DNA of 64,000 bases from Bacteroidia bacterium (GTDB lineage: Bacteria > Bacteroidota > Bacteroidia > Bacteroidales > GCA-2748055), in contig DAOWDN010000013.1 of NCBI GenBank assembly GCA_030639005.1, positions 13,453-77,452 of the forward strand, given 5' to 3'. Shown here one piece after another: positions 1-10,284 of the stretch. Positions within the stretch are counted from its first letter, which is position 1; each line of letters starts with the position of its first letter. The translations under genes and the position numbers were made by a program. The notes under the pieces are model-generated. The model worked only from the letters and a program-made list of their open reading frames with translations. It had not been told where the DNA came from and made no database searches.

Positions 1-969
1 CTGCTCCTTACGCTGATCTCAGACATCATTGACCTGGCCAAAATTGAGAGCGGACAGGTCTCCATGAACTACGGCAGGCTGTCACTTTTTGAACTTATCA
101 ATGAGTTGAAGCAGCATGCCTACGATGAGGCAGAACGGCTGCAGAAAGAGAATTTAGAGATTACCTCGGTGGTGGAGGTGGATAACTGTGAAATGGAGAC
201 CGATGTACTGCGCATTACCCAGGTGATGAAAAACCTGATCAACAATGCTATCAAGTTCACCCCGGAGGGCAGTGTGGAGATTGGCTGCAGGATGGGTGAG
301 ACAGGACAAACTGTGGTGCTCTATGTGAAAGATACCGGGATCGGGATAGAACCGGAGCATTTTGAGGTGATTTTTGACCAGTTCAGACAGATCGACGGTT
401 CCAATACCCGGAAATTTGGCGGGACCGGGCTGGGACTGGCCATATGCAAAAACCTGGTGAGGCTGATGGGGGGCAGGATATGGGTGGAAGCGGAGCCCGG
501 GAGCGGATCTCTCTTCCAGGTGGAACTGCCACTCATGTCGTTCGGCATAAAAAAACAACATCAGCCGCCTGTGGACCAGGTTTCTGTTGCCAGAGAGTCA
601 AAGCTGGAGATTTCCGTTCTTGCTGTGGATGACGAACCCGATGCCCTGGAACTGTACCAGGCCATGCTGAATGGGATGGGTCACTCTGTGAGAACTGCCG
701 GCAACGGTTATGAAGCCCTCAGGATGCTGGAACAGTTTCCACTGCCCGACCTGGTTCTTATGGATGTACAAATGCCCGTATTGAGCGGGACCGATACCCT
801 GAAGATCATCCGAGAGCGGTACCCCGGTGTGAAGGTGGTGGCTCAATCGGCCCATGCACTGGTGGGGGACAGGGACAGGTTCCTGAAAGAGGGATATGAC
901 GACTACCTCCCCAAACCTTTTACCACGGAGCAGATGGATAAGGTGATCTCAAATCACCGGGGCAAATAA
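1..969 (+). CDS. Hybrid sensor histidine kinase/response regulator; 5' end lies outside the window
   Basis: Frame 1 is open from nt 1 ([19 protein letters not shown], end of a HisKA helix). HATPase_c boxes are [16 protein letters not shown] and [11 protein letters not shown]-terminal receiver domain follows ([21 protein letters not shown]). Confidence 0.85.
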   Translation: MLLTLISDIIDLAKIESGQVSMNYGRLSLFELINELKQHAYDEAERLQKENLEITSVVEVDNCEMETDVLRITQVMKNLINNAIKFTPEGSVEIGCRMGETGQTVVLYVKDTGIGIEPEHFEVIFDQFRQIDGSNTRKFGGTGLGLAICKNLVRLMGGRIWVEAEPGSGSLFQVELPLMSFGIKKQHQPPVDQVSVARESKLEISVLAVDDEPDALELYQAMLNGMGHSVRTAGNGYEALRMLEQFPLPDLVLMDVQMPVLSGTDTLKIIRERYPGVKVVAQSAHALVGDRDRFLKEGYDDYLPKPFTTEQMDKVISNHRGK

Positions 970-970
970 T

Positions 971-1012
971 CCCCTCCCCAGACGATTTCCCCCTCCCCAG
1001 GCGATTTCCCCC
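971..1012. repeat. 19-bp tandem direct repeat, about 2.2 copies (CTCCCCAGRCGATTTCCCC)
   Basis: Read directly. Units start at 974, 993 and (truncated) 1012, and the two full copies differ at one position (A/G). The repeat lies in the 65-nt spacer between the kinase stop and the symporter start. Confidence 0.8.
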
Positions 1013-1034
1013 TTTTCAAATATTTGCTACATTT

Positions 1035-2819
1035 ATGGGCATTATGCAAAAAATCAATGAATTTCTTCTATTCCTGAATGACTACCTGGGCGGGCACCAG
1101 TGGTTTGTCTTTTTCCTTCTGGGGACCGGTATTTTCTTCACCCTCTACCTGGGATTGCCCCAGTTCAGGTATTTCGGACATGCCATACGGATTGTAAAAG
1201 GGAGATACGACCGTGCGGAAGACATCGGTGACACCTCGCATTTCCAGGCGCTTACCACTGCATTATCGGGTACCGTGGGTACCGGAAACATTGCCGGTGT
1301 GGCACTGGCCATACACCTGGGCGGACCGGCGGCACTTTTCTGGATGCTGATGACTGCATTGTTTGGCATGTGTACCAAGTTTGTGGAGGTGACCATCTCT
1401 CATAAATACAGGGATATTCTGCCCGACGGTTCGATCTCGGGCGGACCCATGTACTATATGAAGAAACGTATGAACATCACCACCAGGAGAGGGAAGATCA
1501 TTAAGACAGGGGCCATCCTGGGTGGATTTTTTGCCTTTGCCACCATCCTCTCCTCCTTTGGAACCGGAAGCCTGCCTCAGATCAACAGCATCTCCGATTC
1601 AATGTTTACCTCCTTCGGGATTGAACATGCACTTACCGGAGGTGTGCTGGCGGTCCTGCTTGGACTGGTCATTATCGGGGGGATCAAACGGATTGCCAAG
1701 GTAACTTCCACCCTGGTGCCCATGATGGCATTTATCTACCTGTTGGGAGCCATCATTGTGATTGCCAGCAACTATCAGAATATTCTGCCCTCGCTGGGCT
1801 CCATCTTTACCGATGCCTTTACCGGCACCGCGGCCATAGGCGGATTCCTGGGAGCTGGTTTTGCATTCACCTTTAACAAGGGGGTGAACCGAGGGCTTTT
1901 CTCCAATGAGGCGGGACAGGGTTCTGCGCCCATTGCCCACAGTGCGGCCAAAGCACAGGAGCCTGTGTCGGAGGGCATGGTGGCCATCCTGGAACCCTTT
2001 ATCGATACCATCCTGATCTGTACCATCACCGGATTGGTGCTGCTCTCATCCGGAGTATGGAACGAGAAGATTGAAAATCGCTTTGAACAGGCCGATCTGC
2101 AGATCCTGGAGGGCACTTATCTGGAGAGTGATGTACAGGATCGCGTTATGCTTAGCAGGACTTTCAATAACGATACTACCGTGGCGCTATTCACAGGTTC
2201 GCTGCAGGTGGAAGAGGGAACCGTAGTTACCGACGGAATTACCCTTATCCATGCCGAATCTTTTGCCGACGATGTGGTGGTGACCCGAGGAAAAGAGAAA
2301 TTTACCGGCTCCATTCCTGTGGAGGACGGGATAGTTAAGTTCGGGGAAATGGACCGCGATGAAACGGGCAGCAAACGAAAACGAAAAGATAAACGCAAGG
2401 GAGAAGTCTATTTTACTGGCCAATCTCTGATCCACAGTGCACCGCTTACTACCGAGGCATTTAAACGGAGCTTCATGGGCGACTGGGGACAGTACATCGT
2501 CTCTATTGGATTGCTGCTTTTTGCCTTCTCCACGGCCATTTCATGGTCCTACTACGGGGGCAGGGCGGTTACCTACCTTTTCGGAACGAAATATGTGTTT
2601 ATCTACCGTATAATCTATGTGGCAGGTTTCTTTGTGGCCTCATTTACCGATACCACCATAGTATGGAACCTCTCATACATCACCATTGCCATTATGACCA
2701 TTCCCAACCTGTTTGGATTGCTGGTACTCAGGAAGGACATCAAGGGGACCATCGGCAAGTACTGGATCGACTTCAGGAAGGAGTGGCCGAAGGAGAAGCT
2801 CCCGATGGGGAATCGTTAA
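1035..2819 (+). CDS. Alanine/glycine:cation symporter (AGCS) family transporter with a large hydrophilic insertion
   Basis: Family-typical blocks are [54 protein letters not shown] and [13 protein letters not shown]. The protein is polytopic. At 594 aa it is much longer than the roughly 450-500 aa I associate with this family. Confidence 0.9.
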   Translation: MGIMQKINEFLLFLNDYLGGHQWFVFFLLGTGIFFTLYLGLPQFRYFGHAIRIVKGRYDRAEDIGDTSHFQALTTALSGTVGTGNIAGVALAIHLGGPAALFWMLMTALFGMCTKFVEVTISHKYRDILPDGSISGGPMYYMKKRMNITTRRGKIIKTGAILGGFFAFATILSSFGTGSLPQINSISDSMFTSFGIEHALTGGVLAVLLGLVIIGGIKRIAKVTSTLVPMMAFIYLLGAIIVIASNYQNILPSLGSIFTDAFTGTAAIGGFLGAGFAFTFNKGVNRGLFSNEAGQGSAPIAHSAAKAQEPVSEGMVAILEPFIDTILICTITGLVLLSSGVWNEKIENRFEQADLQILEGTYLESDVQDRVMLSRTFNNDTTVALFTGSLQVEEGTVVTDGITLIHAESFADDVVVTRGKEKFTGSIPVEDGIVKFGEMDRDETGSKRKRKDKRKGEVYFTGQSLIHSAPLTTEAFKRSFMGDWGQYIVSIGLLLFAFSTAISWSYYGGRAVTYLFGTKYVFIYRIIYVAGFFVASFTDTTIVWNLSYITIAIMTIPNLFGLLVLRKDIKGTIGKYWIDFRKEWPKEKLPMGNR

Positions 2820-2822
2820 TGC

Positions 2823-4226
2823 TTACCTGGCATCGAGCAGCGCCACATTTTCTACGTGGTGTGTATGGGGAAACATATCCACCGGCTGGATGCTGGTGAC
2901 TTTGTAGGTTCTGGCCAGCAACTCCACATCCCTGGCCTGCGTGGCTGGATTGCAGGAGACATAGACAATCCGACGGGGAGCAATTTTCAGGATCTGCTCC
3001 ACCACCTTCGCATGCATTCCGGCCCTGGGCGGATCGGTAATGATCACATCCGGTTTTCCGTTCTCCCTGATAAAGGAGTCGGTGAAGATCTCTTTCATAT
3101 CCCCTGCAAAAAAGCTGGTGTTTTCAATTCCGTTGAGTGTTGAGTTGACCTTTGCATCTTCGATCGATTCGGGTACCGATTCAATGCCCACCACCCGGCT
3201 GGCACCACCGGCCATGAAATTGGCAATGGTTCCGGTTCCCGTGTAGAGGTCATAGAGTATCTCATTGCCGGTGAGACCGGCAAATTCCCGGGTCACCTGG
3301 TAAAGTTTCAGCGCCTGGTAAGAGTTGGTCTGGAAAAAGGATTTGGGACCGATCTTGAATTTGAGATCCTCCAGCTGTTCAAAAATATGGTCCCTGCCCG
3401 AATAGACAATGATCTCCTGGTCGTACAGGGTTTCGTTTTTCTTTGGATTGATCACGTACATCAGGCTGGTGAGATCCGGAAACTTGTTTTTTACCGCTTC
3501 CAGCACTTCGTAAACCTCTGGAACATCGAATTGCACCGACAGGATCACCATCACCTCACCCAGGGTGGAGTTGCGGATGATCAGGTTCCGCATCAGTCCC
3601 TCATTGGTACGGTGGTCATAAAATGTGAGTCCCATTTCAAGAGCCAGTTCCCTCAGGTAGTTGCGCACCTGGTTGGTGGGATCGCCCTGCAGGTAGCAGG
3701 TTTCCAGATCCACCACCTTGTCGAACCGTCCGGGTACATGCAGTCCCAATGCATTGGTATGCTCCCTGGGAGCATCGGAAGCCGCTTCATGATCGAGCAG
3801 CCAGCGGTGGTTGGAGAAGGTGTACTCCAGTTTGTTCCTGTAAAGAGTGGTGGGGTCTGAGGCCAGGATGGGCATCGATTGGGGAATCTCGACCCCTGCA
3901 ATGTGACGGAACGCGTCCACCACCTGCTGCTCCTTGTAGTGCAGCTGGCGGTCGTAAGGCAGGTGCTGCCATTTGCACCCCCCGCATACCCCGAAATGAT
4001 CACAAAACGGGTCGGTTCGCTGGTCGGAGAGCCGGTGGTATTTTACCACACGTGCCTCCATGTACCTGCCTTTTTTTCTGAATACCTGGAGGTCGGCCAC
4101 ATCGCCAGGTACAGCTTCCTTCACAAAGACCACCATGTTGTCGACCCGTGCAAGAGATTTCCCCTCGGCCCCAATGTTTTCAATGGTCACCTCTTCAAGG
4201 AGGGGTAGTTTTTTTCTTCTGCCCAA
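2823..4226 (-). CDS. rlmD: 23S rRNA (uracil-5-)-methyltransferase, RumA/RlmD family
   Basis: There is an N-terminal TRAM-like domain and an Fe-S cysteine cluster (CDHFGVCGGCKWQHL). SAM methyltransferase motifs are DLYTGTGTIANF, DPPRAGMH and YVSCNPATQARD. Confidence 0.85.
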   Translation of the reverse strand: MGRRKKLPLLEEVTIENIGAEGKSLARVDNMVVFVKEAVPGDVADLQVFRKKGRYMEARVVKYHRLSDQRTDPFCDHFGVCGGCKWQHLPYDRQLHYKEQQVVDAFRHIAGVEIPQSMPILASDPTTLYRNKLEYTFSNHRWLLDHEAASDAPREHTNALGLHVPGRFDKVVDLETCYLQGDPTNQVRNYLRELALEMGLTFYDHRTNEGLMRNLIIRNSTLGEVMVILSVQFDVPEVYEVLEAVKNKFPDLTSLMYVINPKKNETLYDQEIIVYSGRDHIFEQLEDLKFKIGPKSFFQTNSYQALKLYQVTREFAGLTGNEILYDLYTGTGTIANFMAGGASRVVGIESVPESIEDAKVNSTLNGIENTSFFAGDMKEIFTDSFIRENGKPDVIITDPPRAGMHAKVVEQILKIAPRRIVYVSCNPATQARDVELLARTYKVTSIQPVDMFPHTHHVENVALLDAR

Positions 4227-4312
4227 AATTTCTGTTTATTGAGAGAGCAAAAGTAGGATTACTGCATCACTTCTGCAATTGGGTCGATGAATTGTTCTAT
4301 TTTTGCCGGCGA

Positions 4313-6334
4313 ATGATTTCCATTGACAATATAACCATCCGGTTCGGAGCTTTTATTCTGTTTGACAGCATCAGTTTCCAGGTAAACCCTGGTGACCGCA
4401 TTGGATTGGTGGGGCGCAACGGGGCGGGGAAAACCACCATCCTGAACCTGATTGCCAGGTTACAGGAGGCAGATGAAGGCAGGGTGGTAAAGACCACAGG
4501 GAAGAGCGTGGGGTACCTGCCCCAGCAGATGAAGCACAGCAAGGGAAAATCGCTCTACCGTGAAGCTCTCAATGCCTTTGCTTCGGTGATTGCACTGAAA
4601 AAACGAATTGGTGTTATTACGGCTGAACTGGGTGAGAGAAGCGATTATGAATCGAAGGAGTACCTGGCACTGATTCAGGAGTTATCCAATGCCAACGAGC
4701 AGTTTGAACTGGAGGGGGGGCATTCCATTCATGCCGATGTGGAACAGACACTGGTGGGACTTGGATTTAAGAAAACTGATATGGATCGCCCAGTGCACGA
4801 GTTCAGCGGGGGGTGGCGCATGCGCATCGAGCTGGCCAAGATTCTATTAAGCCGGCCCGATTATATTCTGCTGGATGAGCCCACCAACCACCTGGATATT
4901 GAATCTATCCAGTGGCTGGAAAATTTCCTGGGCGCCTACCCGGGAGGGATCCTGATAATCTCGCACGACCGTGCTTTTCTCGACAGGGTGACCAACCGGA
5001 CCATTGAGCTTTCACTGGGAAAAATCTATGACTACAGGGTCTCTTACTCCAAGTATATACAGCTTAAGGAGGAGCGGATCACCGTGCAGAATGCTGCTTA
5101 TGAGAATCAGCAAAAGCTGATTCAGGATACGGAACAGTTCATCAACCGGTTCAGGTACAAAGCCACCAAGGCGGTCCAGGTACAGTCGCGCATCAAGCAG
5201 CTTGATAAGCTCGATCGCATCGAGGTGGAGAAGGAGGACGACCATGTGATGACCCTGAAGTTCCCCCCTGCAAAACGCTCCGGCACCATTGTGGTTGAGG
5301 CGGGCAACCTGAAGAAGAGTTTCGGGGAACATCTTGTACTGAACGGGGTGGACCTGGTGATAGAACGGGGCGAAAAAGTAGCTTTTGTCGGCAAAAACGG
5401 GGAGGGTAAGACCACCCTTTCCAGGATCCTGGTGGGAGAACTGGACCATGATGGCGGGTTGAAGATGGGCCACAATGTGGAACTGGGATACTTTGCCCAA
5501 AACCAGGATGAGATCATGGACGACAACCTCACTGTCCTTGAAACAGTGGACAGGGCTGCAGTGGGAGACATCCGGACAAAGATCCGGGATATACTGGGCG
5601 CTTTTCTCTTCGGCGGGGAAGATGTCGATAAGAAGGTAAAAGTGCTTTCGGGTGGAGAGCGTTCCAGGCTGGCCATGGCCAGGATGTTGCTGCAACCCTT
5701 CAACCTGCTGATTCTGGATGAGCCCACCAACCACCTGGACATGCGTTCAAAAGATATTCTGAAAAGTGCATTGCTCGCCTTTGATGGTACACTTATTGTG
5801 GTTTCTCATGACAGGGAGTTCCTGGACGGACTGGTCGATAAGGTATTTGAGTTCAGAGACAATAAAGTAAATGAGCACCTGGGGGGGATCTACGATTTTC
5901 TGCAGCGAAGGAAGCTCTCTTCCCTAAGGGAAGTAGAGCGCAAGGAGCAGCCGTCTTCACCAGGCCGGGAAGATGTGCAGTCAGGAGGAAAGGCTGGCAG
6001 AAAAGTAGCCGGCACATCCGAGGATCCTTCCTCCGGATCGCCGGAAACAGAGGATGTTGAACTACAGTCGAACAAGGCGCAGTATGCGGAAAAAAAGGCG
6101 CAGGAGAAGAAGATCCGGAAGATAGCCAACAGGGTAAAGTCGCTGGAGCACGAGATTGAGCATATCGAGGAGGAGTTGTCAAAAATGGATGAGATGCTGA
6201 TGAATCCAGAGAACATCAAAGGGATGGAGGTGTATGAGGAGTATGAGCAGCTCAAAAAGAAGCACGATGAGGCACTGGCTTCCTGGGAGAAGCAAACCCT
6301 TTTGCTTGAAAAGGTGGCAGGAAAAAGAAAATAG
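4313..6334 (+). CDS. ABC-F family ATPase (two ABC domains, no membrane domain) with a C-terminal coiled-coil extension
   Basis: Walker A motifs are GRNGAGKTT and GKNGEGKTT, and signature motifs are FSGGWRMR and LSGGERSR. Start chosen at ATG 4313 (MISIDNITIRFG) because the longer ORF from 4148 overlaps the rlmD start on the other strand. Confidence 0.9.
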   Translation: MISIDNITIRFGAFILFDSISFQVNPGDRIGLVGRNGAGKTTILNLIARLQEADEGRVVKTTGKSVGYLPQQMKHSKGKSLYREALNAFASVIALKKRIGVITAELGERSDYESKEYLALIQELSNANEQFELEGGHSIHADVEQTLVGLGFKKTDMDRPVHEFSGGWRMRIELAKILLSRPDYILLDEPTNHLDIESIQWLENFLGAYPGGILIISHDRAFLDRVTNRTIELSLGKIYDYRVSYSKYIQLKEERITVQNAAYENQQKLIQDTEQFINRFRYKATKAVQVQSRIKQLDKLDRIEVEKEDDHVMTLKFPPAKRSGTIVVEAGNLKKSFGEHLVLNGVDLVIERGEKVAFVGKNGEGKTTLSRILVGELDHDGGLKMGHNVELGYFAQNQDEIMDDNLTVLETVDRAAVGDIRTKIRDILGAFLFGGEDVDKKVKVLSGGERSRLAMARMLLQPFNLLILDEPTNHLDMRSKDILKSALLAFDGTLIVVSHDREFLDGLVDKVFEFRDNKVNEHLGGIYDFLQRRKLSSLREVERKEQPSSPGREDVQSGGKAGRKVAGTSEDPSSGSPETEDVELQSNKAQYAEKKAQEKKIRKIANRVKSLEHEIEHIEEELSKMDEMLMNPENIKGMEVYEEYEQLKKKHDEALASWEKQTLLLEKVAGKRK

Positions 6335-6348
6335 TTAATTTTATAAGC

Positions 6349-7647
6349 ATGGTAAGGAACGGTTTCTGGTTCATTTTATGTTGTGCCCTGGCCGGCATGA
6401 CAGCGGGATGTGCCTCGTCGGAAAAGGCAACTACAGAGAAGACCCAGGGGTCCATGGCCTCCCTTTACAATCCCAGCAGGCTTTCGTTGCATCCCGATTT
6501 TTCCATCTTTCACGAAAACAACAACTACTCGGTCCTCTACATCAGGGCCTATCCTTCCGAACTCAGGTTTAACCAGACCAACGAAGAGTCTGAATACCGG
6601 GCCCTACTGAAGGTTAAGTATGAATTGATTCACCTGGAAGAGTCGGGTAATGAGAATATACTGGTCGATTCGGCCTCGGTGGTGTATAAGTTGAGGCAAC
6701 GTGATGAGAGGAGTCCGGCCTTTTTCGCTTCACTCACCATCCCCGTCAGGCAGGGTCAAAGTTACCTGCTTAAGGTGGAGACAAGGGACCTGAACCGTGG
6801 GAGCATGGGACTGGAGTATCTCTATGTGGACAAAATCAACTCTTACAGTGCCCAGAATTTCAAGGTGGTATCCATGTTTTCGGGATATCCCAAATTCATG
6901 CGTTTCTTTCTTCCGGGAGAGCGGTTCAACGTGAGGTACCGCGACAAGTCGATCGACTCCATCTATGTAAACTTTTACAGACATGAAAGCGAATTGCCTC
7001 GTCCTCCCATCACAGCCACGTCGGACTATACCATGAACTACACCCCCGATACAAGTTTTGTATTTCCCCTGGTCGATACAGCGAACTACAACCTCAGGCG
7101 GGAGGGGATGTACCATATACAGGTGGATCAGGAGCGGGATGAGGGGCTTACCCTGCTGAATTTCGGGGGTTCCTTTCCCGATGTGAAGACCCCTGAAGAG
7201 TTGATGGAACCACTTTTCTATCTGGCCACGCTGGCCGAGTACAGGGACCTGCGAAAGGAATCCAACCGTAAGCTGGCAGTTGATAATTTCTGGTTAAAAA
7301 TTGGCAACAACATTGAGAAATCGAGGGAGCTGATACGGATCTACTACAACCGGGTGGTATATTCGAATCTCTATTTCACTTCCAATAAGGAGGGATGGAA
7401 AACTGACCAGGGGATGATCTTTATCCTGTTCGGACCTCCCAACCGGATCCAGATGACCGGAAACGGAGAAAGCTGGTACTACTATGCAAAGCGCAAAAGC
7501 AAAGCAGTGGAATTCAAATTCAGCCGCCAGCACGACGCCTATTCAATCCAGAACCTGGTGTGGAATAAAACCACCGAATCGCAGATGTACTGGAACGAGG
7601 CAGTCAGGTCGTGGAAAAGAGGAAAGGTATATTCAATGGGCTCCTGA
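6349..7647 (+). CDS. GWxTD domain-containing lipoprotein
   Basis: Lipoprotein-type signal (LAGMTAGCASS). The C-terminal block NKEGWKTDQGMIFILFGPPN contains the GWxTD motif. Confidence 0.8.
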   Translation: MVRNGFWFILCCALAGMTAGCASSEKATTEKTQGSMASLYNPSRLSLHPDFSIFHENNNYSVLYIRAYPSELRFNQTNEESEYRALLKVKYELIHLEESGNENILVDSASVVYKLRQRDERSPAFFASLTIPVRQGQSYLLKVETRDLNRGSMGLEYLYVDKINSYSAQNFKVVSMFSGYPKFMRFFLPGERFNVRYRDKSIDSIYVNFYRHESELPRPPITATSDYTMNYTPDTSFVFPLVDTANYNLRREGMYHIQVDQERDEGLTLLNFGGSFPDVKTPEELMEPLFYLATLAEYRDLRKESNRKLAVDNFWLKIGNNIEKSRELIRIYYNRVVYSNLYFTSNKEGWKTDQGMIFILFGPPNRIQMTGNGESWYYYAKRKSKAVEFKFSRQHDAYSIQNLVWNKTTESQMYWNEAVRSWKRGKVYSMGS

Positions 7648-8384
7648 TGGTAAAAACCGATCGTTATATCTTCGGTATTCATGCGGTCCATGAGGCTGTG
7701 GAAGCAGGAAAGGATGTGGATAAGGTACTGGTGAAAAGGGGGGCCGGATCAGATCTTCTGAAGAAGCTCCTGGGTACTTTACGAAGGATGGAAATACCTG
7801 TTCAGCAGGTTCCTGTTGAAAAGCTGAACAGGATCACAGGGAAGAACCACCAGGGGGTGATTGCCTATCTTTCGGAGATCTCCTATGTGGACATCACATC
7901 GCTGCTTCCTGCTGTTTTTGAATCGGGCGAAGATCCTCTGATCCTGTTACTCGACGGGGTATCGGATGTACGTAATTTCGGAGCCATTGCACGCAGTGCA
8001 GAGTGTGCCGGTGTGCACGCCATTGTGATCCCCTCATCGGGAAGTGCTGCTATCAATGCAGATGCCATAAAGACCTCGGCCGGGGCACTCCACAGGATTC
8101 CCGTTTGTCGTCACCGCGACCTGTATGCCGCAGCAAAGTTTCTGCAGGAGAGCGGTCTCAGGCTCTTTGCAGCCACTGAGAAAGCCGCCGATTCGATGCA
8201 TGATGCAGATTTGACCGGTCCGGCAGGGATCATCATGGGGGGTGAAGAGCGGGGCATTTCACCCGAGCTGCTCAGGCGTGCCGATGCATGGGTCTCCATT
8301 CCAATGAAAGGTACCATCGCCTCTCTGAACGTGTCTGTGGCCTCGGGGATTGTGCTGTTTGAGATACTTCGCCAGCGTGGATAA
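7647..8384 (+). CDS. rlmB: SpoU/TrmH-family 23S rRNA 2'-O-ribose methyltransferase (RlmB-like)
   Basis: SpoU motifs are LLLDGVSDVRNFGAIARSAECAG, IIMGGEERGIS and IPMKGTIASLNVSVASGI. ATG 7647 overlaps the upstream TGA (TGATG), and the N-terminus MVKTDRYIFGIHAV is typical of the family. Confidence 0.85.
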   Translation: MVKTDRYIFGIHAVHEAVEAGKDVDKVLVKRGAGSDLLKKLLGTLRRMEIPVQQVPVEKLNRITGKNHQGVIAYLSEISYVDITSLLPAVFESGEDPLILLLDGVSDVRNFGAIARSAECAGVHAIVIPSSGSAAINADAIKTSAGALHRIPVCRHRDLYAAAKFLQESGLRLFAATEKAADSMHDADLTGPAGIIMGGEERGISPELLRRADAWVSIPMKGTIASLNVSVASGIVLFEILRQRG

Positions 8385-8388
8385 CAGC

Positions 8389-8853
8389 CTATTCCAGGGG
8401 CAGTTGCCGGTTAAAACTCTCCTCCAGCGATATAAAGGTCTCTGTACGTGAAATCCCTTCGATGGCCTGCACCTTATTCACCAGAATGTGTTTCAGGTCC
8501 TCATTGTTCCTGGTAAAAATCTTGATAAAGATGGAGTATCCCCCGGTAATGTAATGGCACTGGGTAATTTCGGGAATATCTTTCAATTGTTCCACCACTT
8601 TGGGATAGAGACTGGCACTGTCCAGAAAAATTCCCACATAGGCGCAGGTGGCAAACCCGATCTTTTTGGGACTGATGCTGAATTCCGATCCGGTAATCAC
8701 ACCCATTTTTGTCAAGCGCTGAATCCGCTGGTGAATGGCGGCCCCTGAAACCTTACATTCCCTTGCAACTTCCAGGTAGGGGATCCTTGCGTTTTTTGTT
8801 ATCAGCGAAAGGATCTTGCGATCCAGTTCATCTAAATGGTGTGTCTCGTCCAT
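8389..8853 (-). CDS. Lrp/AsnC family transcriptional regulator
   Basis: N-terminal HTH (LDELDRKILSLITKNARIPYLEVARECKVSGAAIHQRIQRL) plus a C-terminal RAM/AsnC_trans_reg-like domain. Length is 154 aa. Confidence 0.9.
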   Translation of the reverse strand: MDETHHLDELDRKILSLITKNARIPYLEVARECKVSGAAIHQRIQRLTKMGVITGSEFSISPKKIGFATCAYVGIFLDSASLYPKVVEQLKDIPEITQCHYITGGYSIFIKIFTRNNEDLKHILVNKVQAIEGISRTETFISLEESFNRQLPLE

Positions 8854-8958
8854 AAGTCAGCACTTTGATGATTAGTTAAGAACCCCAAATGTAGTTACAA
8901 TTTGAAAGAACATCACCATGATTCATGTGATATTAAACATAATTGATTTAAAAAACTT

Positions 8959-10284
8959 TCAATGTAGTTTTCTGATCAGATTCAGGGAGAGTACAGCAAG
9001 GAGCGGGATGAACCAGATTATTTTGGTTCCAAGCCGGTCAATCGCATTGGCAAAAGTGCCACAGGTCCAGGCGTTGATCAGAATACCAAGGAGGACCATT
9101 GTACAGATGGCAGTGAACAGGTGATCCGGGGGGACTTTTCTGGTTTTGGCAAACAGAAGAACCAGGCTCAGCAGAGAGGCGGCCACCACCACCTGATGAA
9201 GCCTGATAATCCATGGAAGGTTTACCAGGGAGCTTTGGTTTTGCCTGGATGTTTCATAAGCGTTCAACTCATGGGGGACAAACAGCCCCATTCTCTCATG
9301 CAGCTTTGTACCCTCCGGGAAGGAGCCGTTGCCGTCGCCTATATTAAACCTGACCAGCTGACTTGCTGTAGCTTTCAGGGATTCCCTGATGTGGATGGCA
9401 ATGAACCTGGGGGAGGTAAAGGTCGCTTTAATGATCTGGTTGAACTCCTGTTTTGTCTCCTTTCTTCCTCCCATCTTCTGTAAAGGACCCGATTCAACCC
9501 ACAGAAATTGCCACGCAAATTCAGGAAGTGAATCTTTGTATGCACAGAGTTTGTAATCTTTAGTGGCGCAGTTTTCATCAAGATATTGTTTTACAATCCC
9601 GTGCTCCACAAAGGCTGCCATCAAAAAAATGTGTCTCGATTTTGACAGGGCAGATCCGGTTATGAAAATGGTTGCCAGCGAAAGGGTCAACAGAATGATC
9701 ATTGGACTGATCTTTAAGACACTTTTAAGTTTAAGCAACTTCACCTCTCTTGCGATTAAAACGGTGGTTAGGAAGGCCACATTAAAAGCGATATGAGACA
9801 GATGCATGGCAGCAGAAAGAAAAAACAGCAGGTAGAGAAACAGTTGTTCTCTCCGTGATAATCGTCCGGTAATTAATAGTATTGCGGTGAGGAACATGAT
9901 GGGTGTGAAAATGTCAGGCATGAGCTGGCTGGCGGTCCAGGATATACCGGTGAGCAGTGAGAGCGAAAGCACAATCACGAATCCATAAAAGTACCAGGTT
10001 CTGCTCTCAGTCAGAATTTCACGTACCAGGCGAAAAATAAGGTATGCCAGCAGCAGACACTGCAAGCCAATCACCGTCCACAAAGTCAATCCATTCAGGC
10101 TGCTGATACGCAGGAACAGTCCGTATGTTAGTGGCCGGTCAAAAGGCATCTCAAGGGTGAATCCCGAATCGAGGTAGGTGGCGGTGTCAGAGTAAACCAG
10201 GGGGTATCCGTTGAACACGGCAGGGATCATTAACGACACTGCAGCTCCAAAAAGAAACAGGTGACTTTTCAGCCTGGCATTCAT
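8959..10284 (-). CDS. Polytopic membrane protein of unknown function
   Basis: 441-aa ORF with many hydrophobic helices and one soluble loop. Its start overlaps the stop of the upstream MscS-like gene by 4 nt (ATGA). No motif recognised. Confidence 0.6.
   Translation of the reverse strand: MNARLKSHLFLFGAAVSLMIPAVFNGYPLVYSDTATYLDSGFTLEMPFDRPLTYGLFLRISSLNGLTLWTVIGLQCLLLAYLIFRLVREILTESRTWYFYGFVIVLSLSLLTGISWTASQLMPDIFTPIMFLTAILLITGRLSRREQLFLYLLFFLSAAMHLSHIAFNVAFLTTVLIAREVKLLKLKSVLKISPMIILLTLSLATIFITGSALSKSRHIFLMAAFVEHGIVKQYLDENCATKDYKLCAYKDSLPEFAWQFLWVESGPLQKMGGRKETKQEFNQIIKATFTSPRFIAIHIRESLKATASQLVRFNIGDGNGSFPEGTKLHERMGLFVPHELNAYETSRQNQSSLVNLPWIIRLHQVVVAASLLSLVLLFAKTRKVPPDHLFTAICTMVLLGILINAWTCGTFANAIDRLGTKIIWFIPLLAVLSLNLIRKLH

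Noticed and set aside
154-561. This covers many long antisense ORFs in the track. Examples are 154-561(-), 1599-1940(-), 3387-3860(+), 5012-5734(-), 10365-11138(+), 22448-22999(+), 38763-39353(+), 39497-40204(+), 53516-54205(-), 55909-56442(-), 63052-63546(-).
   Set aside because: Each lies entirely inside a gene on the opposite strand that has strong family motifs. Their translations are low-complexity or Arg/Pro/Gly/His-rich with no recognisable motif, which is typical of shadow ORFs.
970-1034. A glycine riboswitch upstream of the AGCS symporter, which is a common arrangement in other phyla.
   Set aside because: The whole spacer is 65 nt, and most of it is the 19-bp tandem repeat. That is too short for even one glycine aptamer.
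4148-4312. These are N-terminal extensions of track ORFs: 4148 (ABC-F), 29182 (TPR protein), 44844 (7TM kinase), 58640 (NHL), 59655 (Tat peptide), 60395 (polyferredoxin), 61696 (paralogue 5), 7611 (rlmB) and 33090 (mnmD-like).
   Set aside because: The extensions overlap the preceding gene or its start, encode non-protein-like sequence, and are followed by an internal ATG that yields a canonical N-terminus (signal peptide, Tat motif, Walker-containing start). The internal starts were used.
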